The position numbers and the translations under genes were made by a program. Shown here piece after piece: positions 20,865 to 31,262 of a stretch of 64,000 bases of DNA; positions within the stretch are counted from its first letter, which is position 1, and every line of letters begins with the position of its first letter. The stretch covers positions 1,120,001 through 1,184,000 of the forward strand of contig OZ253496.1 in the NCBI GenBank assembly GCA_965262115.1, in the 5' to 3' direction. This DNA is from Nitrospinales bacterium (lineage in GTDB: Bacteria; Nitrospinota; Nitrospinia; Nitrospinales; VA-1). A model generated the notes under the pieces. That model was not told where the DNA came from. It made no database searches and saw only the letters and a list, made by a program, of their open reading frames with translations.

Positions 20865-21593
20865 ATGAGAATAATACCAGCAGTAGATATAAAAGAAGGA
20901 AGGTGTGTGCGCCTTGCTCAGGGAAAAGCGGACCAGGAAACCGTTTATTCTAATGATCCCGTCTCGATGGCCAATCATTGGGATGAAGAAGGGGCGCAGA
21001 CTATTCACGTTGTAGACCTTGATGGCGCCTTCCAGGGCTCACCCATCAACGCTGAAATTGTAAAAAACATTATCTACAGCAGCTCTGTAGATATACAAGT
21101 CGGAGGGGGAATCCGAACTCTTGAAACCATCGAAGCGTATGTTAAAGCTGGCGCATACCGGATTATTTTGGGCACTGTTGCTCAGAAGGAACCGGAGTTT
21201 GTGGAAGAGGCTTGTCGACGTTTCCCCGATAAAATTATTGTCGGCATTGATGCCCGGGACGGTTTAGTGGCTGTGAAAGGTTGGGTGGAAGTTTCAGAGC
21301 AAAAAGCCACCGACCTCGCCCAGAAAATGAAGGGCTATGGAATTGCCGGGTTTATCTTCACCGATATCAGCCGCGACGGCATGCTTCAGGGTCCTAACCT
21401 GGAAAGCATCAAAGAGTTTGCCGAGTCCGCGCAATTACCCGTGATCGCGTCAGGGGGAGTGAGCCGTCTGGAAGACATCACAAACCTGGCCAAGCTGGAG
21501 TCCTATGGTGTTGAAGGCGTGATCATTGGTAAAGCCCTATACGACAAAACCCTTTCCTTCAAGGAGGCGCGAGACGTTCTTCATGCTGGCTAA
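20865..21593 (+). CDS. hisA: ProFAR isomerase
   Basis: [38 protein letters not shown]. Confidence 0.97.
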   Translation: MRIIPAVDIKEGRCVRLAQGKADQETVYSNDPVSMANHWDEEGAQTIHVVDLDGAFQGSPINAEIVKNIIYSSSVDIQVGGGIRTLETIEAYVKAGAYRIILGTVAQKEPEFVEEACRRFPDKIIVGIDARDGLVAVKGWVEVSEQKATDLAQKMKGYGIAGFIFTDISRDGMLQGPNLESIKEFAESAQLPVIASGGVSRLEDITNLAKLESYGVEGVIIGKALYDKTLSFKEARDVLHAG

Positions 21594-22428
21594 ACGCATC
21601 ATACCCTGTCTGGATGTCAAAGATGGCCGCGTGGTCAAGGGGGTCAACTTTGTCAATCTCCGCGATGCCGGCGACCCGGTTGAAATCGCTTCTGCCTACG
21701 AACTGGAAGGTGCCGACGAACTCACCTTTTTAGACATCACCGCTTCACACGAAAAACGCGATATTATTCTGGATGTGGTCGCCCGCACTGCCGAAAAGGT
21801 GTTCATGCCTTTGACAGTTGGCGGAGGCGTACGCACTCTGGATGATATTCGAAATCTTTTGAAAGCCGGCGCTGATAAAGTCGCCATCAACACTGCCGCC
21901 GTTAAGGACCCGGATTTCGTACAACGCGCGGCAAAACGTTTTGGCAGTCAATGCATTGTTGTCGCCATTGATGCCAAAGAGGTACAATCTTCCCGGTCTC
22001 AACCTATACATCCCGAATGGGCTTTAGAGCATCCGGAACTGTTACTGGAGCAATCCGATTCATCTCCCGCCTGGGAAGTCTACACGCATGGAGGAAGAAA
22101 CCCGACCGGAATTCATGTTCAAAGATGGGCTCAAAAAATGGACTCTTATGGAGCAGGAGAAATTTTGCTCACCAGCATGGACCGCGATGGCACCAAAGCC
22201 GGGTACGATATCGAACTCAACAAAACGGTTTCAGAATCGGTCACCATTCCCGTTATCGCTTCAGGAGGAGCGGGAACCCTTGAGCACTTATATGAAGGTA
22301 TTGTAAAAGGAAAAGCCTCCGCCGTGCTGGCCGCTTCCATTTTTCACTTTAAGGAATTTACTATTCAGGAAACCAAGGCTTACCTGCAATCCAAAGGTGT
22401 GACGGTCAGACCCGGGCAACCTGCTTGA
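21583..22428 (+). CDS. hisF: Imidazole glycerol phosphate synthase cyclase subunit
   Basis: [34 protein letters not shown]; carries a loop insertion. Confidence 0.97.
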   Translation: MLAKRIIPCLDVKDGRVVKGVNFVNLRDAGDPVEIASAYELEGADELTFLDITASHEKRDIILDVVARTAEKVFMPLTVGGGVRTLDDIRNLLKAGADKVAINTAAVKDPDFVQRAAKRFGSQCIVVAIDAKEVQSSRSQPIHPEWALEHPELLLEQSDSSPAWEVYTHGGRNPTGIHVQRWAQKMDSYGAGEILLTSMDRDGTKAGYDIELNKTVSESVTIPVIASGGAGTLEHLYEGIVKGKASAVLAASIFHFKEFTIQETKAYLQSKGVTVRPGQPA

Positions 22429-23359
22429 CCCCACAGTGTTTCAACTCCAGGGTTTTGGATTTGCTGTCCAGAATCGCGGATGTCTCCAAAGGAAGGGTCC
22501 AGACCTCTTTTCCATGACCTATGGGACAGTGAGTCAAAATCGGGAATCCTGGTTTTGGAAAAAGGTCCGCAAGAATATCTTCAATCGCCCCGTCGCCATT
22601 GCGTTGCGGACGGCAGTTGACCATTTCCCCGAAAATTAACCCGCGCACTCCTTTAAACATCCCCGCATTTTTTAACTGCCACAGCATTCCATCAATCCGG
22701 TACAAAGGCTCGTTGACATCTTCTATCAATAAAATCCTGTTCCGGGTGTTAATTTCATAGGGGGTGTTTAATGAACGGCACAACAATGTCAAACAGCCCC
22801 CGGTAATTTTACCTTGAGCCACTCCTTGGGAAAACACCTTCGCCCTGGGAGAATGAAATACCTTGCCCTTGGCATCGCCGGTCAACAATGCCTTAAATTG
22901 TCGGCGTGACTTTTTCATTTCAGCCCGGCCAAAACTCCCGGCAATCATCGGGCCGTGAAACGCGACCAGCCCGCATTCTTGCACCAGAAAATGGAGTAGC
23001 AAGGTTATATCGCTGGACCCCACCACGACTTTTGCATGAGCTCTTATCTCATCAGGCTTAAGATGAGGGAGAACGCGATTAGCGCCATACCCCCCGCGGG
23101 CGCAAAAAATTGCCCGGACCTCGGGGTTTCTGAACATATCCATGAGATCCTGGGCTCGATCCTTATCGGGGCCAGCCATAAAACGGGAACGGGCATAAAT
23201 ATGCCTGCTCAACAAGGGCTCAAACCCCATGGTGCGGATCACTTCCAATCCGGTTTCCAACTGCCCCCTGTCCACTGGCCCGGCAGGGGCCACCACACCA
23301 ACAACATCTCCCTCTCTCAATGAGGGCGGCCGGATGATGGAACGAAGCGAATTCGACAT
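22406..23359 (-). CDS. LD-carboxypeptidase (peptidase S66)
   Basis: VVAPAG, CARGGYG, GSSDIT, FHGPM, IEDVNE and PIGH motifs. Confidence 0.93.
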   Translation of the reverse strand: MSNSLRSIIRPPSLREGDVVGVVAPAGPVDRGQLETGLEVIRTMGFEPLLSRHIYARSRFMAGPDKDRAQDLMDMFRNPEVRAIFCARGGYGANRVLPHLKPDEIRAHAKVVVGSSDITLLLHFLVQECGLVAFHGPMIAGSFGRAEMKKSRRQFKALLTGDAKGKVFHSPRAKVFSQGVAQGKITGGCLTLLCRSLNTPYEINTRNRILLIEDVNEPLYRIDGMLWQLKNAGMFKGVRGLIFGEMVNCRPQRNGDGAIEDILADLFPKPGFPILTHCPIGHGKEVWTLPLETSAILDSKSKTLELKHCGVKQVARV

Positions 23360-23420
23360 TACAAATTACCTTTGAAGGATTACAATACCGGCCTCAATGA
23401 ACCTTATCCTTTATTGACAA

Positions 23421-23574
23421 ATGATTTCCGTCACCGCTATCATTCAAGCCGGAATGGGGCCTGCCCGGTTTCCCGGTAAAAGCCTGCGCCCGATTGCAGG
23501 CCTACCCTGCTGGAGCATATCATTATTCGTTTAAAACAGGTGCCGGAAATTGCCGGATTCATTGCGCAAGTCTC
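23421..23574 (+). pseudogene. SpsF-like cytidylyltransferase N-terminal remnant
   Basis: MISVTAIIQAGMGPARFPGKSLRPIAGLP/(frameshift)LEHIIIRLKQV resembles the IIQARMGSxRxPGK motif. Confidence 0.65.
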
Positions 23575-23639
23575 CCCCGCCATCTCTTGGCATAGAAAGG
23601 CAACCGGACTCCAGTTTGCTCACTCCTGCAATTTTCCCA

Positions 23640-23760
23640 AGACAGGTAGGGAATACCTATTGTCCGCAATGTCGGAAACTTCTGCTCGAAAGAATCGGGT
23701 TTCAGGTCTTAAGCCTTCATTTAAAAGGATACCGTTGCCCCTTCTGTAATGTTATGACGC
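23640..23760 (+). pseudogene. C-terminal remnant of an AmmeMemoRadiSam-type radical SAM enzyme
   Basis: NTYCPQCRKLLLERIGF...RCPFC resembles the C-terminal Zn-ribbon of that family. Confidence 0.5.
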
Positions 23761-23907
23761 CAAGCCGACGGGTTAATTTTGTTCATAAAACACCATCCCG
23801 ATCATGGCCGTTGGTATAAAAGCAGCCTTCGGTACTATTTCTCGCGAAATTAACGTTCCTGAACAGTCTTTTAGCAATATCCAATTTAAACATTAAAAGA
23901 ACCCCTT

Positions 23908-24409
23908 ATGACTGAAGACCAAAAGAAAAAACTGGAACAACAGCTTTGGAATATCGCCAATACATCACTCAGGAGCAAAATTATCTGGATGCGGTGATCG
24001 GCCTGTCCGCCAATCTGTTTTACGGCACCAGCATTCCGGCCTGTATTCTGGTGTTCAAGAAATGCCGTGTGCATGACGACGATATTCTGTTCATTGACGC
24101 CAGCCAACATTTCGAGAAGGTCGGCAACCAGAACGCGCTGACCGATGACCACGTTGCAAAGATTGTCGAGACCTATCAGAACCGCGAGAACATCGACAAA
24201 TACGCCTATGCAGCACACCACTCTCTGAAGTCAAAGAAAACGACTATAACCTCAATATCCCGCGCTACGTGGATACGTTCGAGGAAGAGGAGCCGGTGGA
24301 TATCGAGGCGGTTGCGGCGGAGCTGAAATCACTGGAAGCAGATATGAAGGATACCGATGCAGCCATTGTCGGATTTTGCAAGGAGCTGAGCATTCCCGGC
24401 CCGTTTTAA
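23908..24409 (+). pseudogene. hsdM: Type I restriction-modification methyltransferase, internally deleted
   Basis: MTEDQKKKLEQQLWNIANT is joined to LDAVIGLSANLFYGTSIPACIL...FIDAS; after a frameshift, NDYNLNIPRYVDTFEEEE...PF*. Confidence 0.85.
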
Positions 24410-24415
24410 TGAATC

Positions 24416-24910
24416 ATGAGCGATATGAAAAATAAAGAAGTTGCTATTTATCAGGCTGAAAGTGGCGCGATTCAATTGCGCTCGGATATTGTTGCGGAAA
24501 CGATATGGGCAACGCAAAAACAGATAGCTGATATATTTTGCGTAAAGATACCGGCGATTAGCAAGCACATTAAAAACATACTGGGAGAAAGCGAATTGGA
24601 CTATTCAACTATTTCCATTTTGGAAATAGTTCAACAGAAGGGTCAACGCGAGGTTAAGCGCGAAGTGGAGCATTATAACCTCGATATGCTTATCTCGATT
24701 GGCTATCGTGTTAACTCCAAAACCGCCACCAGATTTTGCCAATGGGCCACCCAAACCCTGAAGCAGCACATCACCCAGGGCTATACCCTTAACCAACATC
24801 TGCTGGATGAAAAACGCATCAGTGCCGAACAAATTATCAATAACACTCAGCAACTCTCGCAGGGCAATAGTCAAATACAGCCCGATGATGTGTTGGAACT
24901 GGTAAAAGCC
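24416..24910 (+). pseudogene. RhuM/Fic-DOC protein, N-terminal part
   Basis: ETIWATQKQIADIF, YNLDMLISIGYRVNSK.AT.F.QWAT RhuM motifs; similarity stops after LELVKA. Confidence 0.8.
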
Positions 24911-24996
24911 GGTAGAAGCTTGAAGTCCACTTCGCAGGACCCCTTGGCAGCGATGCAAACTCTGATCCTCAATCTCTCCGGGGCATGAATTGATCT

Positions 24997-25104
24997 TCCC
25001 CTCTCATGAGGGGAGGCAAGGCGTAGCCGCGGAGGGGTGTGGATTATTTTTACGGAATTCATAATCCAACCCTCCCCTAACCCCTCCCTATGAAGGGAGG
25101 GGGG
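24997..25104. repeat. Palindromic CCCCTC/GAGGGG REP-like repeat
   Basis: TCCCCTCTCATGAGGGGA ... CCCCTCCCTATGAAGGGAGGGG hairpins. Confidence 0.55.
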
Positions 25105-25190
25105 ATTTCTGCTTCCGCCTTTCTCAAAGTACCCCTGCGGGGCATGAAATTAATGTTGGGAATATCACGTCTCCACTACGTTCGCAATGA

Positions 25191-25232
25191 CAACCCAGGC
25201 AACCCAGGCAACCCAGGCAACCCAGGCAACCC
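25191..25232 (+). repeat. 9-bp tandem repeat (CAACCCAGG) x4 plus a partial unit
   Basis: Directly visible in the sequence. Confidence 0.9.
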
Positions 25233-25321
25233 CACGTTCAGGATGACGATGCAAGGCTGGGGGTTGCCGGAAGCGCGGCTTTAGCCGCACCGCCTAAACA
25301 CACACTCTTCGCGTCCTCAAA

Positions 25322-27158
25322 TTAAAACCGAACCCTCAGCCCCAGATAACCCGATATGGATTCCGTGCCGCCCGTGCCATTGTGATATTCCACATCGCTG
25401 ACCAGGTTGATCGTTTTCCTGACGGCGTAACGCAGACTGGCACCCACATACCCGGCGGGGATGGTCTCGTCACCCGGCACCCGGTAAGAGATTGAATCAC
25501 CTCCGCCCAGGCTGACACCGGCATTGTCATCACCATAATGCGTGAACGTAGCGCCGCCGCGCACCTCAAGCTCTCCCCGGTCCTCGGTAAAGGATTGCGC
25601 CAGCGCCAGTTGCAGGCGGCTGTCGAAAATATGCACATCCCGGCCATCGAAGCGTAAATCGGAGTTTGCCGTGCCGCTCTCGGTGTAACCGCTGTAATGA
25701 CCGTAGGTATAAGCGGCCCGTGCGCTGGGCCGGAACTCAAAGCCGTCTCCCAGATCATGGGACCACGCAAGGGACAGGGACGGGCTGATATAGAAGCTGT
25801 GGTAACTGCCGTCAGCGGTTCCATCCCCTTCGAGGTTGTCGAACACGGAGCGGTCGCTGTTATGGCTTTCATAGCCGCCGACCACCGATCCGCTCAAGCC
25901 CCAGCCACCACCCAGAATCCGCTCTGCCCGTAAGCGCCGACAAACCCGCTGTTGGTGTCGGTCTCAATCGATCTGGCATCGGTTTCAATGTGCCCACGGC
26001 TGCCCCCGGCAAACAGACCAACACGCTGGCCGCTGTCCAGGCGGATGTCGTAGCCCCCGACCGCGCCAAAACGGTGGCTCGACCAAGCCTGCGCCAGGCC
26101 GTCAGCGTCACGCTCGCTCCCGGCACCGAAAAAAGTACCCCAGCCGCCTGCTGTCCTTCCAGCAGTGCCTCTCATCCCCGCCGGGGGGGGGGGGGGGGGG
26201 GGTTGCCCAACCGCTGAAACACCAACTGGTGGAGCTGACTTGTAGCCGTACCCAGCACCACGCGTTCGGCGGACGAGCCTGTCGGGTCGATCACAGCCAC
26301 GGTATCGCCATTCCGCACGGCCAATTCCCCCAGATTGAAGGTATCAGCCCCCTCAATGGTGTAAGTCCGCGACGGGGCCGCAGCGTTCGTTATAATGTTG
26401 GCAATATCATTGTCGGGAACAAACATAGGGGCAGGGGCGTCAGTGCCATCTATAAGGGGGGCAACTTTCTCTCCCAGATCAATGCGTCCGCGGATTTGCG
26501 CTCCGGGCAGCAGGGTCAGCGTTTGATTTGCGTCATCTCCGCCTCTTATCGCATGGGAACCCGCGCCGGTGGCAGACACGCTGCCGCTGATGGTGATCGC
26601 GCCACTACCCCTCGAGAAAATGCCGTCAGCCATATCCCCGCTCGTTGTGATTGAGCCGCTGTTGACAGCCATCCCTCTACTCCCCCCTTCCGCAAACATA
26701 CCGTGTGCACCGGCCCCTGTGGTTGAAATGGTGCCGCTGTTGGTAGTCGTACCTCCACTCACCCCACCCAAATAAACACCGTGAGCACTCGCCCCACCCG
26801 TTTCTATTGTGCCGATGTTGGTAGTCTTTGCGTTATTGGCAGTCGCGGAAATGCCGTCAGATTCATCGCCTGTGGTTGCTATTGAGCCGCTATTGGTATT
26901 AGTTGCGCCGACACCCTGCGAGAAAATGCCGTAAGCATTATCGCCGCTCGTTGTGATTGAGCCGCTGTTGGTGACGGTATCGGATATAACCGTAGCCGTT
27001 CTAGTCTCCCCCTCAGCAATGGTAACGGATTGCGCGAGCGCATTCCCGGCCCCAAGAAACGTGCAGGAGACGGTGATCACGGCGGCGCAAAACAACCAAA
27101 ATATCCCGCTCTGTTCAACATTTTTCTCTATCCCGCTATTCGATTGCGACACAAGCAT
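25322..27158 (-). pseudogene. Autotransporter (beta-helix passenger + beta-barrel) in three frames
   Basis: Signal peptide; repeated NSGSITTSGD.A.GI units; beta domain ending LGLRVRF. Breaks at a C20 tract (26183-26202) and near 25920. Confidence 0.85.
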
Positions 27159-27390
27159 TTATCCTCTGACTTTAACATCTGATTAACTCTAACTCTTTTT
27201 ACAAACCCTGATGATTCTAGCATCAAAGGCATGCCTTCTCAAACAACTTAAACAGCCTCTAACCTGCTGTTTCGTATGCCTTAATCATACTGGGTGGGGG
27301 GGGGGGGGGGGGGGGGGTAAAACGCCGCCCGGATTCCTTTAAAAACAGCCCAAAACCCGCAAAGAAAAAGCCAACCCTTTAAAGACCTAA

Positions 27391-27539
27391 CTCAAAGCCA
27401 AAGGCGAAGCCGCGATCTGTTTGCGCAGGAGAAAACCAAAGACACATTGACAGGCATTATGGGTAACGTTATGCAGAGTGTGTCTGGTAAGGAGGCCTAC
27501 CCCAGCATTGAAGAAAAAGCGGCACACCTGCTTTATTTT
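27391..27539 (+). pseudogene. RhuM/Fic-DOC protein, displaced middle part
   Basis: LKAKGEA/DLFAQEKTKDTLTGIMGNVMQSVSGKEAYPSIEEKAAHLLYF, cut off just before the expected Fic HPF motif. Confidence 0.75.
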
Positions 27540-27540
27540 A

Positions 27541-27853
27541 GGGGCTGACCCAGATAACGCTATTCAGGTGTTATTATGGTGGTTGTGAGGAAGAGCCGAC
27601 TAAGTAAGTAAGATAAAGCAGGATAGATTGATGGAGCATTTTGTAGCGGGAACAACAGCATGAACAGCAACCGGTTTTTGCGGGGTGAACCGCAAAACGC
27701 TGGCGCGTAAATTCAATGGTGTCCCAAAGGCCCGATTCTGGGTAGATTTGAAGGAATGTGAGCGGCGTTTTAATAACAGTGGTCCGCCAAGCTAATTATC
27801 GTAATTAAAACAATTTGTTAGATAGTATTTGATCTGTTTTGCCGGGTCAGTCC
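27541..27853 (+). mobile_element. Internally deleted IS1595-family (IS1016-like) element
   Basis: Ends GGGGCTGACCCAGATAAC / GTTTTGCCGGGTCAGTCC; transposase N-terminus RKSRLSK..QDRLMEHFVAGTTA fused to C-terminus RKFNGVPK...LKECERRFNN. Confidence 0.8.
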
Positions 27854-27995
27854 AAATTTTTAATTGAAAACCATGAATGCCCTGTGATAGTTTTCCCGTA
27901 CGTAAATTTCCTGCATGGTGGTTCACTTCCAGTTTTCTGCTTTACCAAAGAGTTAAAGACCCCTTGGAAAGATTACAGTCATATGGAGAATCGGG

Positions 27996-28931
27996 ATGAT
28001 TGAGGTTGATAATCTTACCAAGTACTATGGGCCAAGAAAGGCCATTAACAATTTAACGTTTCAAATCGCGCGGGGAGAAGTCGTTGGTTTTTTAGGCCCC
28101 AACGGGGCAGGTAAAAGCACGACCATGAACATCCTGTCATGCATTCTTCCTGCATCCAGCGGAACGGCCCGGATTCAGGGGTACGACACCTTTGAGCAAT
28201 CTCTTGAAATCCGAAAAATAATCGGTTACCTGCCAGAGACTCCGCCTCTCTATCCGGACATGAGCGTTCACGATTACCTGGTGTTCGCGGCACAAGTCCG
28301 GGGACTTGCAGGCAAGCAAACCGGGACCGCCGTGGAAAGAGTGCTCGAAAAATGTTCCTTAAAAGATGTCGGTCATCGTATCATCGGGCGGCTCTCTAAA
28401 GGATATCAGCAGCGCGTTGGATTGGCACAGGCCATGGTACACGACCCTGACATTCTTATTCTCGACGAACCCACCCTTGGCCTGGATCCCATTCAAATTA
28501 TAGAAATCCGCAAACTGATTCAAGAGTTGACCGCTTCGCATACCATCATCCTCAGCTCACACATTCTTCCTGAAATCACACAAATATGCCAGAGAGTCAT
28601 CATCATCAATGAGGGTGAAATCGCGGCGGTGGACTCCCTGGAAGGTTTGACCGCCGCACTGAGAAAAAGTGAGCGCCTATCCCTGACTATAAGGAATCAA
28701 GACGATGGAATAGAGGAAAAATTAAATTCTTTAAACCAGGTGCTTTCCGTTTTACCCGGTGAGAAAAACCAATTTCTGGTTGAATGCGAATTGAACTCCA
28801 ACCTTCAGGATGAATTCGCGCGTCTGGCGTTGGAAAACCAATGGGGCCTTGTTGAAATCACACCTATCTCCATGACTCTGGAAGATGTGTTCCTCAAACT
28901 GACCGTTGAAGAAAAGGATGTGAAGGCATGA
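27996..28931 (+). CDS. ABC transporter ATP-binding protein (GldA-like)
   Basis: GPNGAGKST, LSKGYQQRV and ILDEPT motifs. Confidence 0.93.
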   Translation: MIEVDNLTKYYGPRKAINNLTFQIARGEVVGFLGPNGAGKSTTMNILSCILPASSGTARIQGYDTFEQSLEIRKIIGYLPETPPLYPDMSVHDYLVFAAQVRGLAGKQTGTAVERVLEKCSLKDVGHRIIGRLSKGYQQRVGLAQAMVHDPDILILDEPTLGLDPIQIIEIRKLIQELTASHTIILSSHILPEITQICQRVIIINEGEIAAVDSLEGLTAALRKSERLSLTIRNQDDGIEEKLNSLNQVLSVLPGEKNQFLVECELNSNLQDEFARLALENQWGLVEITPISMTLEDVFLKLTVEEKDVKA

Positions 28932-29695
28932 GAAACGCATGGATCATTGCTAAGAGGGATTTGGGGTCCTTTTTCAACTCACCCATTTTTTACGTGGTCA
29001 CTACGGTATTTCTAATCCTGTACAGTTTTATATTTTTTAATATTCTGAATTTTTTCAGCTTCCAGAGTTTACAGGCAGGACAACTCCAAGCCATGGGAAT
29101 GAACATAAACCTGAACGAAATGGTTATTGAGCCCAGCCTCCAAAACATGTCGGTGATTCTACTGATGATCATCCCTGTCATCACCATGCGCAGCTTTGCT
29201 GATGAAAAAAAAATGAAAACTTTCCGCCTCCTGCTTTCTTCCCCGGTTCCTCTCAGGGAAATAGTTTTTGGGAAGTTCCTGGCCTGTATGATTGTGGTGA
29301 CAGTGATGATTTTGATCTCCTCTTATTCGGTGGGCTCCCTGTTTCTACTCGGAGAACCCGAGCCCGGTCCTATTGTTACAGGCTATTTAGGGGTTTTATT
29401 GATGGCCGGCTGTTATGTGTCGGTGGGAGTCTTCGCTTCCTCCTTAACAGACAATCAAATTGTCGCCGCCGTTTTGACCTTCGGATTCTCCCTGTTCATG
29501 TGGGTCATCGGCTGGGGAGCTCAGGCTGTAGGAGCCGCTACCGGGCAGATACTGCAATTCCTTTCCATCGTTGACCATTTGGATCGTTTCTTAAAAGGCA
29601 TGATCGATACCAGCGACCTGGTTTATTACCTGAGTTTCATCTTACTCAGCCTTTTCCTCTGCCACCGCGTGCTGGATTCCAATCGATGGAGATGA
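28928..29695 (+). CDS. ABC-2 permease (GldF-like)
   Basis: FFNSPIFY, TMRSFADEKK, SSLTDNQIVAA; multiple TM segments. Confidence 0.9.
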   Translation: MRNAWIIAKRDLGSFFNSPIFYVVTTVFLILYSFIFFNILNFFSFQSLQAGQLQAMGMNINLNEMVIEPSLQNMSVILLMIIPVITMRSFADEKKMKTFRLLLSSPVPLREIVFGKFLACMIVVTVMILISSYSVGSLFLLGEPEPGPIVTGYLGVLLMAGCYVSVGVFASSLTDNQIVAAVLTFGFSLFMWVIGWGAQAVGAATGQILQFLSIVDHLDRFLKGMIDTSDLVYYLSFILLSLFLCHRVLDSNRWR

Positions 29696-29699
29696 GGAT

Positions 29700-31262
29700 A
29701 TGAAAAAACTTGGACCCATGGCAGGATGGCTGGCTCTGACAACAGGTTTTATTGCCCTGTTTTTATATGTCGTCCTTCCCGACCTCAAAACTGTGTCGGC
29801 CTCACTGGCAGGCGTCTGCCTGATCAACGCAATATTTTTTGGGGTTGCCGAAGGCCCCCAATTAAAGCGAAGCCTTTCCTCGCGTTCTGCGCTATACGGC
29901 GCGAACACCCTGGTAATGACCGCTATATTCATGGGCATACTAATATTTGCGAACCTGCTTGCCTTCCGCCATAAACATCGTTTTGATTTTACGGAAGGAG
30001 GCTACTTCACCCTGGCACCTCAAACCAAAAAGCTTGTCTCCAGTCTTCCGCGCGAGGTGAAGCTGACCGCTTTTTTTCAAACCGAATCCCCTGAAAAAAT
30101 CGCTTTCACTAATTTAATTGCTGGATATCTTGAGGAGACCGATAAAATCAAACTGCAATATGTTGACCCGGATAAAAACCCGGCGGTGACCAAACAATAT
30201 GGCGTTACCACTTATGGAACTGTTGCCCTGGAAAGCGGCACCAAGGAAACCAAAATTCAAAATGCCAGCGAGGAAAACATCACCAACGCGCTGTTAAAGA
30301 TAACTCGCGACGAACAAAAATTAATCTATTTTCTCGAAGGACACAACGAGAGCAAAATAAGCAGCGACGATAACCTGGGCTACTCCACCGCCAAAAAAAA
30401 TCTTGAGCAGGACGGGTTTATCGTGAAACCCCTGCTCCTGCTCCAGTCAGGGGGAGTCCCCAAAGACGCTTCGGTACTGGTTATTCCCGGCCCCAAAAAA
30501 CCGCTTCAGGATGAAGAAAAGGTAATCCTTGAAAACTATTTGAACTCCGGGGGCGCGGTTTTCATGCTTATTGATCCCAAGTCTTCGTCCGGCATGGAAA
30601 CTTTTCTCAAAAAATGGGGCATAGAACTTGGAGAAAATATCGTCATCGATCCTATGTCCAAGCTTTTCGGAGGCGATTTCGCGGCACCCGTGGTCAATCA
30701 ATACACGGTTCATGAAATCACCAGCAACTTTGTTCTGGCAACTATATTCCCGATTATAAGATCTGTCCATGGAGTTCCTGTAGCAGGCATCACCACCACC
30801 GAACTCCTGAAAACCAGCGCTAACAGCTGGGCGGAATCCGACTTCAATTCCGGAACTGTAGACTATGACGAGGATAAGGATATCAAAGGGCCGGTTTCCG
30901 TCTCGGTCATTGCCACAAAAATCCTGGGTGAAGCAAGCTCCAAAATTTCTGATACCTTCAAAAGCGATGCCGAGCCAGAGAAAAATAAACCTTCGGCCAG
31001 ACTTCTGGTGGTGGGGGATTCTGATTTCTCAAATAATCGCTACACCAACTTTTCGGGAAATGGCGATTTCTTTCTCAATGCCGTTTCATGGCTGGCGGAG
31101 GAGGAGCAATTGATTTCCATTCGCCCTAAAGAAAGGAAGAACACACCCATTCAAATAACCCAATCCATGGGGAACGCAATATTCATAATGGGTATCCTTG
31201 TGTTTCCCGGCTTGATTGCCGCAATGGGAATTCGCATTTGGTGGAGGAGACGCCGACTATGA
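29700..31262 (+). CDS. GldG-family ABC auxiliary component
   Basis: DFTE...TLAPQT, YFLEGHNE, VVGDSDF...GNGDFFLNAVSWL, IRPKE. Confidence 0.88.
   Translation: MKKLGPMAGWLALTTGFIALFLYVVLPDLKTVSASLAGVCLINAIFFGVAEGPQLKRSLSSRSALYGANTLVMTAIFMGILIFANLLAFRHKHRFDFTEGGYFTLAPQTKKLVSSLPREVKLTAFFQTESPEKIAFTNLIAGYLEETDKIKLQYVDPDKNPAVTKQYGVTTYGTVALESGTKETKIQNASEENITNALLKITRDEQKLIYFLEGHNESKISSDDNLGYSTAKKNLEQDGFIVKPLLLLQSGGVPKDASVLVIPGPKKPLQDEEKVILENYLNSGGAVFMLIDPKSSSGMETFLKKWGIELGENIVIDPMSKLFGGDFAAPVVNQYTVHEITSNFVLATIFPIIRSVHGVPVAGITTTELLKTSANSWAESDFNSGTVDYDEDKDIKGPVSVSVIATKILGEASSKISDTFKSDAEPEKNKPSARLLVVGDSDFSNNRYTNFSGNGDFFLNAVSWLAEEEQLISIRPKERKNTPIQITQSMGNAIFIMGILVFPGLIAAMGIRIWWRRRRL

Noticed and set aside
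25191..25232. CRISPR array
   Set aside because: A 9-bp tandem repeat with no spacers; no repeat-spacer array or cas gene seen in the window.
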